DNA of 63,361 bases, the filler included, from Chiloscyllium plagiosum (lineage: Eukaryota): the NCBI RefSeq assembly GCF_004010195.1. It is 4 parts of one record of this genome, joined end to end, with 100 filler letters (N's around TTAATTAATTAA, not from the genome) between each part and the next. Parts side by side here need not be neighbours in the genome. Positions count along the whole stretch, not along the records: positions 1 to 7,840 come from NC_057716.1; positions 7,941 to 35,490 come from NC_057716.1; 2 more parts are not named here. One strand, written 5' to 3'. The notes under the pieces were generated by a model. That model was not told the DNA's origin and searched no databases. It was given only the letters and a program-made list of their open reading frames with translations. This document shows positions 1 through 11,114 of this stretch, piece by piece. The position numbers and the translations under genes were made by a program. How positions within the stretch are numbered: position 1 is the stretch's first letter; every line of letters starts with the position of its first letter.

Positions 1-1310
1 CCACCCTCTCTAATCTTACTGAAACATCTGTAACCAGGAACCTCCAACAACCATTCCTGTCCCTCTTCTATCCACGTTTCCGTGATGGCCACAACATCGT
101 AGTCCCAGGTACCTATCCACGCCTTAAGTTCACCGACCTTATTTCTGATACTCCTTGCGTTGAAGTATATGCACTTGAACCCATCTCTGTGTCTGCAAGT
201 ATTCCCTGTCAGTGCTACCTTCTTCACAGCCTCCCTACATTCTTGGACATGCTGACAAACAGCTAGCCTACTTGCTGGACTACAAGTCCGGATCCCATCC
301 CCCTGCCAAATTAGTTTAAACTCCCCCGAAGAGTGCTAGCAAACCTACCCTCCAGGATATTGGTGCCCTTCTGGTTCAGGTGCAACCTGTCCTGCTTGTC
401 CAGGTCCCACCTTCCCCAGAATGCAGTCCAATTGTCCAAATACCTGAAGCCCTCCCTCCTACACCATCCTTGCAGCCACGTGTTCAACTGCACTCTCTCC
501 CTATTCCTTGCCTCACTGTCACGTGGCACTGGCAACAACCCAGAGATGACGACTCTGTCTGTCCTAGCTTTTAGCTTCCAGCCTAACTCCCTGAGCTCTT
601 CCTACCTATGTCGTTGGTGCCAACGTGCACCACGACTTCTGGCTGCACACCCTCCCCCTTAAGGATTCTGAAGACACGGTCCGAGACGTCTCGGACCCTG
701 GCACCCGGGAGGCAACAAACCAACCGAAAGTCTCGCCCATGTCCACAGAACCGCCTGTCTGTCCCTCTAACTATAGAGTCTCCTATAACTAGTGCTCTCC
801 TCCTCTCCCCCTTTCCCTTCTGAACCTCAGAGCTGGACCTCGTGCCAGAGACCCAGTCACTGCAGCTTCCCCCTGCTAGGCCGTCCCCCCTAACAGTATC
901 CAAAGCGGCATACTTATTGTTGAGGGGAACGACCACAGGGGATCCCTGCACTGCCTGCTTCCTCCCCTTCCCACTCTAACTGTTACCCAGCTACCTTTGT
1001 TCTCTGGCGTAACTATGTCCCTGTAGTTTCTATCTATCACCCTCTCAGCCTCTCGAATAATTCTCAGTTCATCCAATTCCAGCTCCAGTTCCCTAATGCG
1101 GTCTGTGAGGAGCTGGAGCTGGCTGCACTTCCTGCAGATGAAGTCAGCAGGAGCATCGGTGATCACCCCTACCTCAAACATCCTGCAGGAGGAATATTCC
1201 ACTGCCTGCGCTGCCATAACTCTACACTTAGTCTCCAAAACAAGAACACTAAGTAGCTTACCATTTGTTTTTAGGTTAGAGGAGGAGGGAGGGTGGAAGA
1301 CACTACACGT
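1..1310 (-). mobile_element. CR1-clade LINE, 5' part: frameshifted ORF1 (SGNH/GDSL esterase) and start of ORF2 APE endonuclease; runs off the window start
   Basis: Minus-strand pieces read MAAQAVEYSSCRMFEV..CRKC..ELELELDELRIIRE (zinc finger/leucine zipper, ATG at 1217), VIGDSIVRG..CLPGARV..HVGTND and DRLHLN (SGNH blocks). 180..1 translates FKCIYFNARSIRNKVGELKAWIGTWDYDVVAITETW (APE N-terminus). Confidence 0.92.
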
Positions 1311-1457
1311 GGCACAATTGCAACATTTAAGAGGCATCTGTATGAATCGGAAGAGTTTAGAGGGATATGGGCCAAGTGCTGGCAAATGGGATATCTGGTA
1401 GCCATGGATGAGTTGGACCGAAGGGTCTGTTTCCATGCTGTATGTCTCTATGACTCT
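1311..1457 (+). mobile_element. CR1/HER1 LINE 3' end
   Basis: catttaagaggcatctg..gagggatatgggcc..ggaccgaagggtctgtttccatgctgtatgtctctatgactct; the same tail recurs at 18945-19173 and 62768 onward. Confidence 0.85.
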
Positions 1458-1591
1458 TAAGGTAATGGTGAACTTATGTCAAATCAATCCATGTGATGTG
1501 AATGCACTTACAACCTTGTTAGGAAGGGATGTTTGAGGATTTTCGCCATATGACAGTGGAGGCGCATACGTATATTTCTAAGCTGGATTGA

Positions 1592-1818
1592 TGTTGTACT
1601 GATTGGAACAAGGTCAGCCTCAGAACAAGAGTTTCCTTATTAGGGCCGTAAATCTGCTCCAATCAGGGAGCCTTTGTTGATGGGAGTGTCAGACATCCTG
1701 TTCGCTCTTGAGAGCTGGCACGGAGGAGTTGGTTCAATGTCAAGAACTTTCCATGTAAAGTAAAAGGTGACTTGGTGACAGGATACTGCCTCTGTGGAGT
1801 TATTTCAGTGATGACGAG
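1592..1818 (+). repeat. Putative 5' LTR (1592-1807, TG...CA) and primer-binding site (1808-1818)
   Basis: Starts tgttgtac and ends ttatttca. It is followed by gtgatgacgag, resembling the TGGCGACGAG PBS of Mag-type elements, about 70 bp before gag. Confidence 0.7.
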
Positions 1819-2055
1819 ACTAAAGCATGCTCCTGAAGAAGTTTGCTCACACTAGTTGTCTTTGAGTTGGGGTAGGCATTTCTGGCATTGTGCCGTTAAT
1901 TGGGAAACTTGACTCATTTGATCCTGCCATTGAAGACTGGGCCCAGTATGGGGAAAGAATGCATTATTTCTAATGGGGAGTTGAAAAACAACAATTCTCT
2001 TGACAGCTTCTGGATCCACAGCTTTGTTTGGTTATTAGGAGCGTAGATTTCCCTG

Positions 2056-2265
2056 GTGTGGAGGTGCTAGTGTTGGACTGGGTGGACAAAGTCACAAGAC
2101 ACCAGGTTATAGTCCAACTGGTTAATTTGAAATTAAAAGCCTTAGATTGTTGCTGCTTCGTCAGGTAAAGTGTTCACCAAAACATAAGGAAGGAGCAGCG
2201 CTCTGAAAGCTTATGATTTCAAATAAACCTGCTGGACTATAACCTGGTGTCATGTGACTGCTACC
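2056..2265. mobile_element. Short PLE-derived insertion made of two inverted terminal-repeat copies
   Basis: acaccaggttatagtcca... pairs with ...tggactataacctggtgt; 8-bp TSD tttccctg at 2048-2055 and 2266-2273; decayed hammerhead motifs on both strands. Confidence 0.75.
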
Positions 2266-3195
2266 TTTCCCTGAGGCACTAGGTGCGAAACCCTTTCAAG
2301 AGTTGATGGATTTAGTTGAGGAATATTACAACCTCAGGCCTCCTCTAAATCAGAGACACTACCGGTTTTACTTGGCAATTTGAGAGAATCTGTAACAGGA
2401 ATTTTGAAGGGGGCTAAGATGACTGGCAGAGGCTGTGTCTTTGGTTTAACCCTTAATGAGATGCTGAGAGACCATTTGGTATGAGGGATTAATGATGTAA
2501 CCAGGCAAAAGAGCCTACTAGCTGAAGCTCAGGACTTTAAACTAGCACTACAGCTGGCTTGATCATTGGAAAATGTGGCAGTGGAGCATATGAGTTGCGG
2601 GGTATTCCGATAGAAGTGGACACCCACCCTGACTGAGCCTGGAAAACACCATTTGAGTGAAGGCAATTGCATAGCCTCGCTCAGATCATATCCTGGATTG
2701 AGGGACTCTTGGTCAGCCCACAACAGAACCCCAAAACAAAGCCAAGTCTCAGCCAAATGGTTCAAATTTCCTTCAGGATCTGGGCCGGCAAGCCATTGTT
2801 GTTGATACTAGTGTGCGGACGTAAGACAGCAAAAGAGTCCCACTAGATCTAACTGAGTAAGAGAGCTCCGAGACTGTATCCAGGAAAGCGCATACCCTGG
2901 GAAGTCCATCTACATCTGACTTGGAACAATTAAATTGCTTAACAACATCCAAATTAGAACCAATCAAAATAAACATCTGGTTAAATGATCACCTGGTTCT
3001 AATGGAGGCTGATACTGGTATGGCTGTTTCAGTGATTGCGGAACCAATCTTTACCAAAAATTGCTCTGGGCACCAACCCTTAAGTTTGAGCAAGACCTTA
3101 GCTAGACTGAGAACCTATACTGGGGAACCTTTACACAGTAAGGTACAACTTTGATTCTGATCTCTTAGACTAGATTTTCAGTCTAGCTGAGGTCT

Positions 3196-3480
3196 TAGAT
3201 TAAATTCCCTACAGTGTGGAAACAGGCCCTTCGGCCCAACAAGTCCACACTGACCCTCCAAAGAGCAATCCACCCAGACCCATTCCCCTACATTCACCCC
3301 TGACTAATGCACCTAACACTACAGGCAATTTAGCATGGCCAATTCACCTAATGTGCATATCTTTGGATTGTGGGAGGAAACCAGAGCACCCGGAGGAAAC
3401 CCGCGCAGACACGGGGAGAATGTGCAAACTCCACACAGACAGTTGCCCAAGGCAGGAACTGAACCTGGGTCCCTGTGAGG
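3196..3480 (-). mobile_element. HE1-type tRNA-derived V-SINE, 5'-truncated
   Basis: Matches the full copy at 4604-4923 (acagtgtggaaacaggcccttcggcccaac..tgtgcaaactccacacagacag). Confidence 0.85.
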
Positions 3481-3580
3481 TGCTGCATTTTGGGAAAGCA
3501 AATCTTAGCAGGACTTATACACTTAATGGTAAGATCCTAGGGAGTGTTGCTGAACAAAGAGACCTTGGAGTGCAGGTTCA
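3474..3580 (+). mobile_element. CR1 ORF2 internal fragment fused to the SINE
   Basis: Translates CEVLHFGKANLSRTYTLNGKILGSVAEQRDLGVQV, the CR1 post-RT motif. Confidence 0.85.
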
Positions 3581-4603
3581 AATCTCACTAGATTGGCTCA
3601 ACATTTTTCCATTAGAAAATGGCTGCCTGAGTGAAGTCCTAATTAAATACCTGGAAGTTTTTCAGGAAGGTCTAGGGACTATCAAAGGAGCTAAGGCCAC
3701 CTTGCATGTTGACCAGGAAGCAATTCCCATGATTTTGTAAGGCATGCCCAGTGCCATTTGCCTTACAGGCAAAAGTCGAGGCAGAAATCAGGAGGCAGTA
3801 AAGCAAAGGAATCGTCAAACCAGTCCAGTTTATGGAATGGGCAGAACCAAGTGAACCGATTGTGAAGCCCTACAGGTTGGTTTGCCTTTATGGGGATTTT
3901 AAGTAACAGTAAACTGCTCTTAGCAGTTGGATAAATACCCAATCCCTTGCATAGAGGGTTTATACACAAAGCTGGGCGGGGTGGGGGGGGGGGTTGCTGT
4001 CCTTTGAAGGTGGACATGAGCCATGCGTACTTGCGTTTGGGGTTAGGTGAAGATCCCCAAACAAATGCTGCAATTAATATCCATGATTTCTACCAATATA
4101 CGAGACTGCCATTTGGGGTATCGTCAGCCTGTGCAATTTTTCAGCAAATGATGGAAAGTGTTTTACAAGGTCTATCCCAGGTTACCAGTAATCTAGATGA
4201 TGTGCTAATAACAACAAAGGCCAATAAGGAGCACTTAGAGAACTTGGACATAGTCCTTAGATGTTTTTCCCAGGCAGGGGTGTGCCTTATAAGAGCAAAA
4301 TGTATGTTCCAGGCACCCCATGTGACCTATTTGGGCTGCAGAGTTGACAAAGTTGGATTATATAGCCATTGGAAGATAAAGCAAGGGTGATCAAAGGTGC
4401 CCCAGCTCTTATGTCTGTACCAGAGCTTAGGTCTTTCCTTGGTCTGGTGAATGATTATGGAAAGTTCACAACTAACCTGGCCTCCATCCTGGCACCTTTG
4501 CATCAACTCTTTAAAAAGGGTCAGCCTTGGAAATTGTCACTTGGCTGTAGCTTTCAGGGAAGTGAAGAAACTGCTGTCATCCTCTAAGCTGTTGGCATAC
4601 TAT

Positions 4604-4923
4604 GATTAGATTAGATTAGATTAGATTACAGTGTGGAAACAGGCCCTTCGGCCCAACAGGTCCACACCGACCCGCCGAAGCGCAACCCACCCATACCCCT
4701 ACATTTACCCCTTACCTAACACTACGGACAATTTAGCATGGCCAATTCACCTGGCCTGCACATCTTTGGACTGTGGGAGGAAACCGGAGCACCCGGAGGA
4801 AACCCACGCAGACACGGGGAGAACGTGCAAACTCCACACAGTCAGTCGCCTGAGGCGGGAACTGAACCCGGGTCTCTGGCGCTGTGAGGCAGCAGTGCTA
4901 ACCACTGTGCCACCGTGCCGCCC
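4604..4923 (-). mobile_element. Full-length HE1-type SINE with (TCTAA)n tail
   Basis: Minus strand begins gggcggcacggtggcacagtggttagcactgctgcctcacagcgccagagacccgggttcagttccc (A/B boxes), then the V-SINE core and a CR1-like tail; gatta repeats at 4604-4629. Confidence 0.92.
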
Positions 4924-5905
4924 AATGTGCGCCCAATGATCACAAGTGTGATGTGGTATTGACCTAGGATGTAACCTTGTGCAGCATCGGGCTAGTATTA
5001 GCTCAAAGGTGTTCCAATGGAGAAAATTAGTGCCCAATAGTGTATGCATCTAGAACTTTGGTTGGATAGAGAAGGAAATCATATCTAAAGTCGGGAAGTT
5101 CCACCAATACTTTTACGGATGTAAATTTGTAATAATAACAGATGACAAACCCCTGTTAGGTTTACTTAAAGAGGACAAGGCAGTGCCACTCATAGCTTCA
5201 GGCCGAATTTAGCAGTGGACTCAAATACTAAGTGTGTATTATTACAAATTGGAACACCATCCAGGAGGCCAAGTAGCAAATGCGGATGCTCTGAGCCACC
5301 TCCCTCTGGCAGATACATCACCGGTGGTACCACCACTGGGGGTACCTAGGGTTTTAAATTTTCTGGACACCCTTCCAGTCACAGCTGACAATACCAGACT
5401 TTGGACACAGAAAGATCCAGTCCTGGCAAAACAGAAACAGTTGGTGATGGTTGGGGAAACCAAAGGACTGTCACAACCAGGATTGAAACTTTTTTGGAAC
5501 AAGAGAGACCAGATCACAGTGAGGATGGCATATTATTATGGGGAGCAAAGAGTGATTGCGCTGAGCAAAGGTCACCACCAGATGCTGGCTGATCTCCACC
5601 AGGATCATCCAGGGGTTTCCAAAATGAAGATGTTGGTGAGAAGTTATGCCTGGTGGCCAGGATTGGATGCAGACATAGCTATGTTGGTCAGGCAGTGCCC
5701 ACAGTACCAACAAGACAAAGATTACCGCCAGCCTCTTCCCCACATTCGTGGAAATGGCCGGGTAAACCCTGGACTCAATTATAAGTTGACTACATGGGTC
5801 CTTTCATGGCTCAATGTTCTTAGTCATTGTGGACGTCCACTCAGATTGGCTGGATGTGCATAGAGTTCATTCATCAAACACTGGGACGACAATAGAAAAG
5901 CTGTA

Positions 5906-6007
5906 CAAAACAGAAGTTGCTGAAAAAGCTCAGCAGGTTTGGCTGTATCTGTGAAGAGAAATTAGAGTTCATGGTTTTGGTCTGGTGACCCTTCCTCAGA
6001 GCTGTTG
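5906..6007 (-). mobile_element. Short PLE terminal fragment with decayed hammerhead motif
   Basis: Minus strand reads ctctgaggaagggtcaccagaccaaaacc; flanked by the direct repeat gaaaagctgt. Confidence 0.7.
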
Positions 6008-6596
6008 GAAAAGCTGTGAGCATCTTTACCAATACCCAGACTCCAGGAAGTGTGGGTCACAGATAATGGGCCATTGTTTACCTAAAGTCGAATGGTAGTC
6101 GGTATATAAGGACAGTTCCATTTCATCCATCATCCAATGCTGTGGCAGGAAGAGCAGTCTAAGTTTTGAAGACAGGCCTAAAGAAACAGCCAACAGCTTC
6201 ATTAGATACCAAATTGCCCTGTTTGATTGTAGGAATGCCCCTCATGCAACTACAGGGATAGCTCCAGCAGACTTGCTAACGGGGAGAAGACTCCGCACCT
6301 GGTCAAAACTGACCTTCCCGGACCTGGGAAGAGGGCGAGGTTGAAATGGCATCAGGAATGCCAATGCTGCACACAAGATTCTGCTAAGCGAGAGAAACAG
6401 TTTGATTCAGGAGAGGAAGTTTGGTATAGGAATGATGGATTGGCCTTGCATGGGTAAGAGACATGGTCAACGCAAGGTCAGATCCAGTGATGTTTAAAGT
6501 TTGAGTAGGTGCGACAGTCCTGAACAAGCACATGGATCATATGAAGGCTGCAAACGCACAAATGGCCGGAGCAAAATGTGCCTGACTTCTCGACTG

Positions 6597-6686
6597 ACAA
6601 GAAGGGCCTGTGCCGGAAACGTCGAATCTCCTGTTCCCTGGATGCTGCCTGACCTGCTGTGCTGTTCCAGCAATAAAGTTTCAACA
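6597..6686 (+). mobile_element. Short PLE terminal fragment with partial hammerhead
   Basis: gaagggcctgtgccggaaacgtcgaatc..; 15-bp TSD ctgacttctcgactg at 6582-6596 and 6687-6701. Confidence 0.85.
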
Positions 6687-7431
6687 CTGACTTCTCGACT
6701 GCCTTTCTGATTGTACCAGACCCCAAGGGCTTTCCCTTTCTGTCAAGCGTTGAAGTGACCTTGGAGTTGAGTTGAACACAATGAATGTTTCTGCCTCGCA
6801 CTTTCTCCACCAGAAGAGGAGAATGAATTTCTGCCAAGATACTGCAAAAGGTGAGCTAATTTGCATTTCATGCCACCCGTATCAGAGGCAGAGTTGGAAG
6901 AATCTGACTCGGTGCTAAAATGCCCCAGAAGAGCTACAAATAAAAGAACTGGACTACGTCCTGAAACTTAGAGAGGGAAGGATTTCTTGGAGGAGAACTT
7001 GCAAATGGTCATATTCTAAGGTGTCTGGTTCTCTTCTTGTCGATGATGTTTGTTATTTGTTTGGAAGATGCTTTTGAGGGTCTTTTGGTAAGTTTTTGCA
7101 GTTTGTTCTGTGGAATGGTACACATTACAGCCATAGTATGTTTGTCATTGATGGAGGTAATAAATGTTTAATATGATGCATAGGACACTGGTAAGTGAAT
7201 TGTTTTCACCTGTACGTGAACATATGATTCCTCAAAGCCTGATCTTCATTTGAAAACTGCTCATCTGATTGTGGACTCAGTTCTGCTTTCCTATCTATCC
7301 TTATATGCATTGACTCCCTGATCAATCAAGAATCTATCTTTGAGTTTTATTGAAGCTGCACTCATTCATGGAAGTGGAGAGTAATCTACCACACTCCTGA
7401 CTTGTGCCTTGCAGATTTTATGGAGTCATAA

Positions 7432-7840
7432 AACCGTGTTAGGGAACTGGAGCTGGAGTTGGATGAACTTAGGATCATTCGGGAGGCAGAGGGGGTCATA
7501 GATCGAAGCTTTAGGGAAGTAGTAACTCCAAACGTGGCAGATAGATGGGTGACAGTGAGGGGGACTGGGAGGAAGCAGCCAGTGCAGGGACCCCCTGCGG
7601 CCGTTCCCCTCAAGAACAAGTATACCGTTTTGGATACTTGTGGGGGGGACGACTTACCAGGGGTAAGTAACGGGGCTCAGGCCTCTGGCACGGAGCCTAT
7701 CCCCGTTACTCAGAAGGGAAGGGTGAAGAAGAGCAGAGCAGTAGTAATTGGGGACTCGATAGTTAGGGGCACAGATAGGCGGTTTTGTGGGAACGAGAGA
7801 GACTCACGATTGGTATGTTGCCTCCCAAGTGCAAGGGTAC
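7432..7840 (+). mobile_element. CR1 ORF1 fragment (SGNH esterase), ending at an assembly gap
   Basis: ORF 7459 onward reads DELRIIREAE..KNKYTVLDT..VIGDSIVRGTDRRFCG, homologous to 583-1217. Confidence 0.9.
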
Positions 7841-7940
7841 NNNNNNNNNNNNNNNNNNNNNNNNNNNNNNNNNNNNNNNNNNNNTTAATTAATTAANNNN
7901 NNNNNNNNNNNNNNNNNNNNNNNNNNNNNNNNNNNNNNNN

Positions 7941-8127
7941 AACCCTCCTATTTATCTCTCAGCCCCCTTCTCCACTCAGCCCCCTCCACCCCCAACATTC
8001 CTGATGAAGGGCTTCTGCCCAAAACGTTGATTTACCTGCTTCTCGAATGCTGCCTGATCTGCTGTGCTTTTTCAATGCCATGCTTTTCGACTCTGATTTC
8101 CAGCATCTGTAGTTCTCACTTTCTCCT
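7941..8127 (+). mobile_element. PLE 3' end with hammerhead motif
   Basis: attcctgatgaagggcttctgcccaaaacgttg..gatgctgcctgatctgctgtgc..ccagcatctgtagttctcactttctc. Confidence 0.8.
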
Positions 8128-8330
8128 GGAGTCACAGGTAGGCCAGATCAGGTAAGGAAGGTGGATTTCCTTCACTAGAGGACTTTGTAGCCATTAGACT
8201 AGTCTTTAATTTCAGATTTAATTGAATTCAAATTTCACTATTTACCATGGTGGGATGTAATCCCATGTCCCCAGATCCTGGGGTTCTGGGTTACTAACAG
8301 AGTAACATCATCACTAAGCAACTATCTCCT
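8127..8330 (-). mobile_element. tRNA-derived SINE fragment (family of 16801-17125)
   Basis: Reverse complement of ..ccatggtaaatagtgaaatttgaattcaat..aaggaaatccaccttccttacctgatctggcctac. Confidence 0.65.
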
Positions 8331-10677
8331 TAAAAGCCTTGATTTCCAAAAAAATCATAAGCACTTGGATGCCAGGTATTCTAACCTAAAACCTTACTTA
8401 GTCTCAGCATCCTATTCTCCAAGTTAATTGCCATTGTAAAATATGTTTATTTTGACTATTTAACTTGTGTCAATTATGAAAATTAATGTATATCTAAGAG
8501 CAAAAATGCTAGAATGAATATTGTGCGCAGGGCATTGTCAAGCATCCACAAACATTTTTCAGGAACCAATTGCATGGACTCCACATCCAAAAAATAAATT
8601 TATTAGATTATCGCACATAGCGCGTAGCCAGGTTAATTTTTTTCTTCTATTAAATATTCATATTATGATTTTTGTTGATAATCCGAGTTATTATGCTACA
8701 TTTTGCAAAGTGAGTGTTACTTTTCTATTGACAAGACTTTGTTATTGTTTTTCTATCTTTTTCCATTACTCATTAAAATCTTGCACTTTGGGGTGAGAGA
8801 GCAAGACTTTTGCATTAAGGACTTCTGTGTACTGTAGTTTCTGTTAATAAGTGACATGATCGTTGGACTGTTCCTGTCCATCCCATCCCCTACCTTCAAC
8901 CTCCCCTTTTCCACAGCTTTCACTTCTCAGAACATTATGTGGAAGAAGATTTTGATAAACATGCTTATTGAGAGCTTATACTTTAGTGGAGATTGGGTCA
9001 AATTATTAGTCACATTCCTGATATTAAGAACATATTGAGGAATCTCTGTTCTTCAGTGGAAATGTCACGATGAAAATTCAATCATTTTCCAAATTATATT
9101 CCGTTAATTTTTAATAGCAACATTTAGGATCAGATACATTTTTGTACTCTATTTTCCATCTCCATTCCTTAAATTGCTGATTCACTTAGGAGCACATTGT
9201 TCCAAAAGGTATTGGCAAAAATCCAATACTTAAGCAAGCAGACAATCTTAAAAGTGAGGCCCTAGGCAGTTGATACCGACAGGCTGTTCAAATCTAGAAA
9301 GTATTACAGCTGAGTGAGACTCTTGTCTTACAGCCCTCTACTTTATAACATAATTCATATTAGAAAGATTGCATGTAATCTTTCAATTTATTGCTCTTGA
9401 TTATCGCCTAAACCTCTTTAATTGATATTTCAGATATCATATAAAAAGGTGATTTCTGTAACACTCCTAAAATATTTGCATTATTGAATTATAAATGGTG
9501 AGCTAATGATTTTTAAATGTACAAAACCAGGAGTTGAAATCTCCATGTTAGGGAATTTTATCCAAAATACAGGAGTCTGAGGAGTCCAGGATTATTATTT
9601 CGGTCATGGTAATTTAATTAGGAGAAAACATTTTAATGGTCAGTAACTAGATGGCATAAAATTAGGCTCATCAGCAAAGACTAAGGGGAGAGGTTGGGAG
9701 TTTTTTTCTTTTAATTCAGCATTATTAACACATGGGGGAATGCACCATCAGAAAGTGTTAGAAATAGAACACAAAATAGCTTTTAAATGAAATTATGGAT
9801 AAAGGAAAAATTAAAAGATTAGGATAAAGTTTCAGGGGGATGTGATTAAGTGAGAGGAAGCAGCACAGATGTGAGGGACCAAATGACCTCCTGCTCTGCA
9901 AAATAATTCTATAGTATGTTTCCTATTTAGATTAAAAGTGCAACCTCCATATTTAGTACATCCATGCTGACATCTGCTCAGAACGAACCAATGATCTGAT
10001 CTGGTCTATATGGCTCATTAACTCACCATAAAATGATTAAGTATTAAACATCAGGACATCTTGATCAGAGCCATCTGATTGCCAAATTATTCAAGTGTCT
10101 GCTCTGCCTTTACACAGCCCAGAAACAGGAGACAAACAGAGGTGTTGGGCCATTGTACTGATAGCTGACTTTGCCTATTAATATCACTTCACTAAAAAGG
10201 ATATTTCAGAATCAATATAGTTTAAAGTGGGGGGGTGGGAGAAGCGGGCAACAAATTCTCACTGTATCTTTATCTTATAACCTTAGATTCCTTTATTGAT
10301 TCACTGATTTTGTAATTTCTTTTACTTTTTAATGGCTGTGGAACCCAAAAGGAGAGAAAACTTTCCTGGTTAGAAGAGTGGGCAATGACAAATCGTATGG
10401 GTGATATTTTTGGAGAAATGTTTTTGTACATGATATACCAGCTGGCTTGCCCTAGTCATGTAATCTCCAACTCTAATGTAACTTGCTTTCAGGTTAGTTT
10501 TTAAAGCTATTAAGCATATATCTTGAAATATGGACAGCAGAAGTGGCCAGATTAAATTGCTGGAGAAAGAATGTATTGCAGCCAAAACCATGTAGAAGGG
10601 AAGGGAACACAGACAGGCCGTATATGGAAATCTTTAAAGACATACTCTGAATTGTGCATTAATGTTACCTATGAATT

Positions 10678-11114
10678 TTGTACATATTCGAGTAATAGTT
10701 GAGTTTTTTTGACTACTTTTTAAGGTTAAATTTATGGAGTCAACTGTTACATGGATACTATTTTTGAGGGGCTGAAATTCATGCCCGTCAAAATTCATAC
10801 CATAGCATTAGCAGAAGCCCAATTGATCTCCGAATGAATAAAGAAAATAAAATGATTTATAGTAATTCTGAAAACCTGGAGTGGAGCACAACAGCCAGCA
10901 GACTGGAAGACCATGAGCAGAGTGGACTAACTGGCAGACTGGAAAGCTGGGGCAGGATGTGACGGCCAGCAGACGGATTCAGATAAATTGATCTGCTACC
11001 TGTGAAGAACTAGGATCAACTTTTACACAAGATATTTGGAAAATTGCAGATTATTTGGCCAAAATTAGGGGGTCGACTTTTACATGAGATCGACTATTAC
11101 TCTAGTACATACAA
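10678..11114. mobile_element. Non-autonomous Tc1/mariner (pogo/Tigger-like) MITE
   Basis: Imperfect 25-bp TIRs: ttgtacatattcgagtaatagttga versus the reverse complement of tcgactattactctagtacatacaa, followed by TA. Confidence 0.7.

Larger units (their letters stand above)
1592..6982 (+). mobile_element. Decayed Ty3/Gypsy (Mag/K02A2.6-like) LTR retrotransposon with nested insertions; 3' LTR absent
   Basis: Gag-like PLIGKLDSFDPAIEDWAQY from 1890; protease MEADTGMAVSVI (~3000); RT YTRLPFGVSSACAIFQ..NLDDVLI (3947-4390); ELRSFLGLVNDYGKF; RNase H NADALSHLP; integrase HHCC-like LHQDHPGVSKMK..WWPGLDADI..CPQYQ (5550-5720); PPT-like agagagggaagga at the end. Confidence 0.92.

Noticed and set aside
4850..4923. 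tRNA-like sequence with A and B boxes
   Set aside because: It is the head of an HE1 SINE and continues into the SINE core and tail; it is not a tRNA gene.
7841..7940. TTAATTAATTAA centred in 100-bp N gaps (7885-7896, 35535-35546, 55991-56002)
   Set aside because: The identical 44N-12-44N layout with stops in all frames is an artificial scaffolding linker, not biology.
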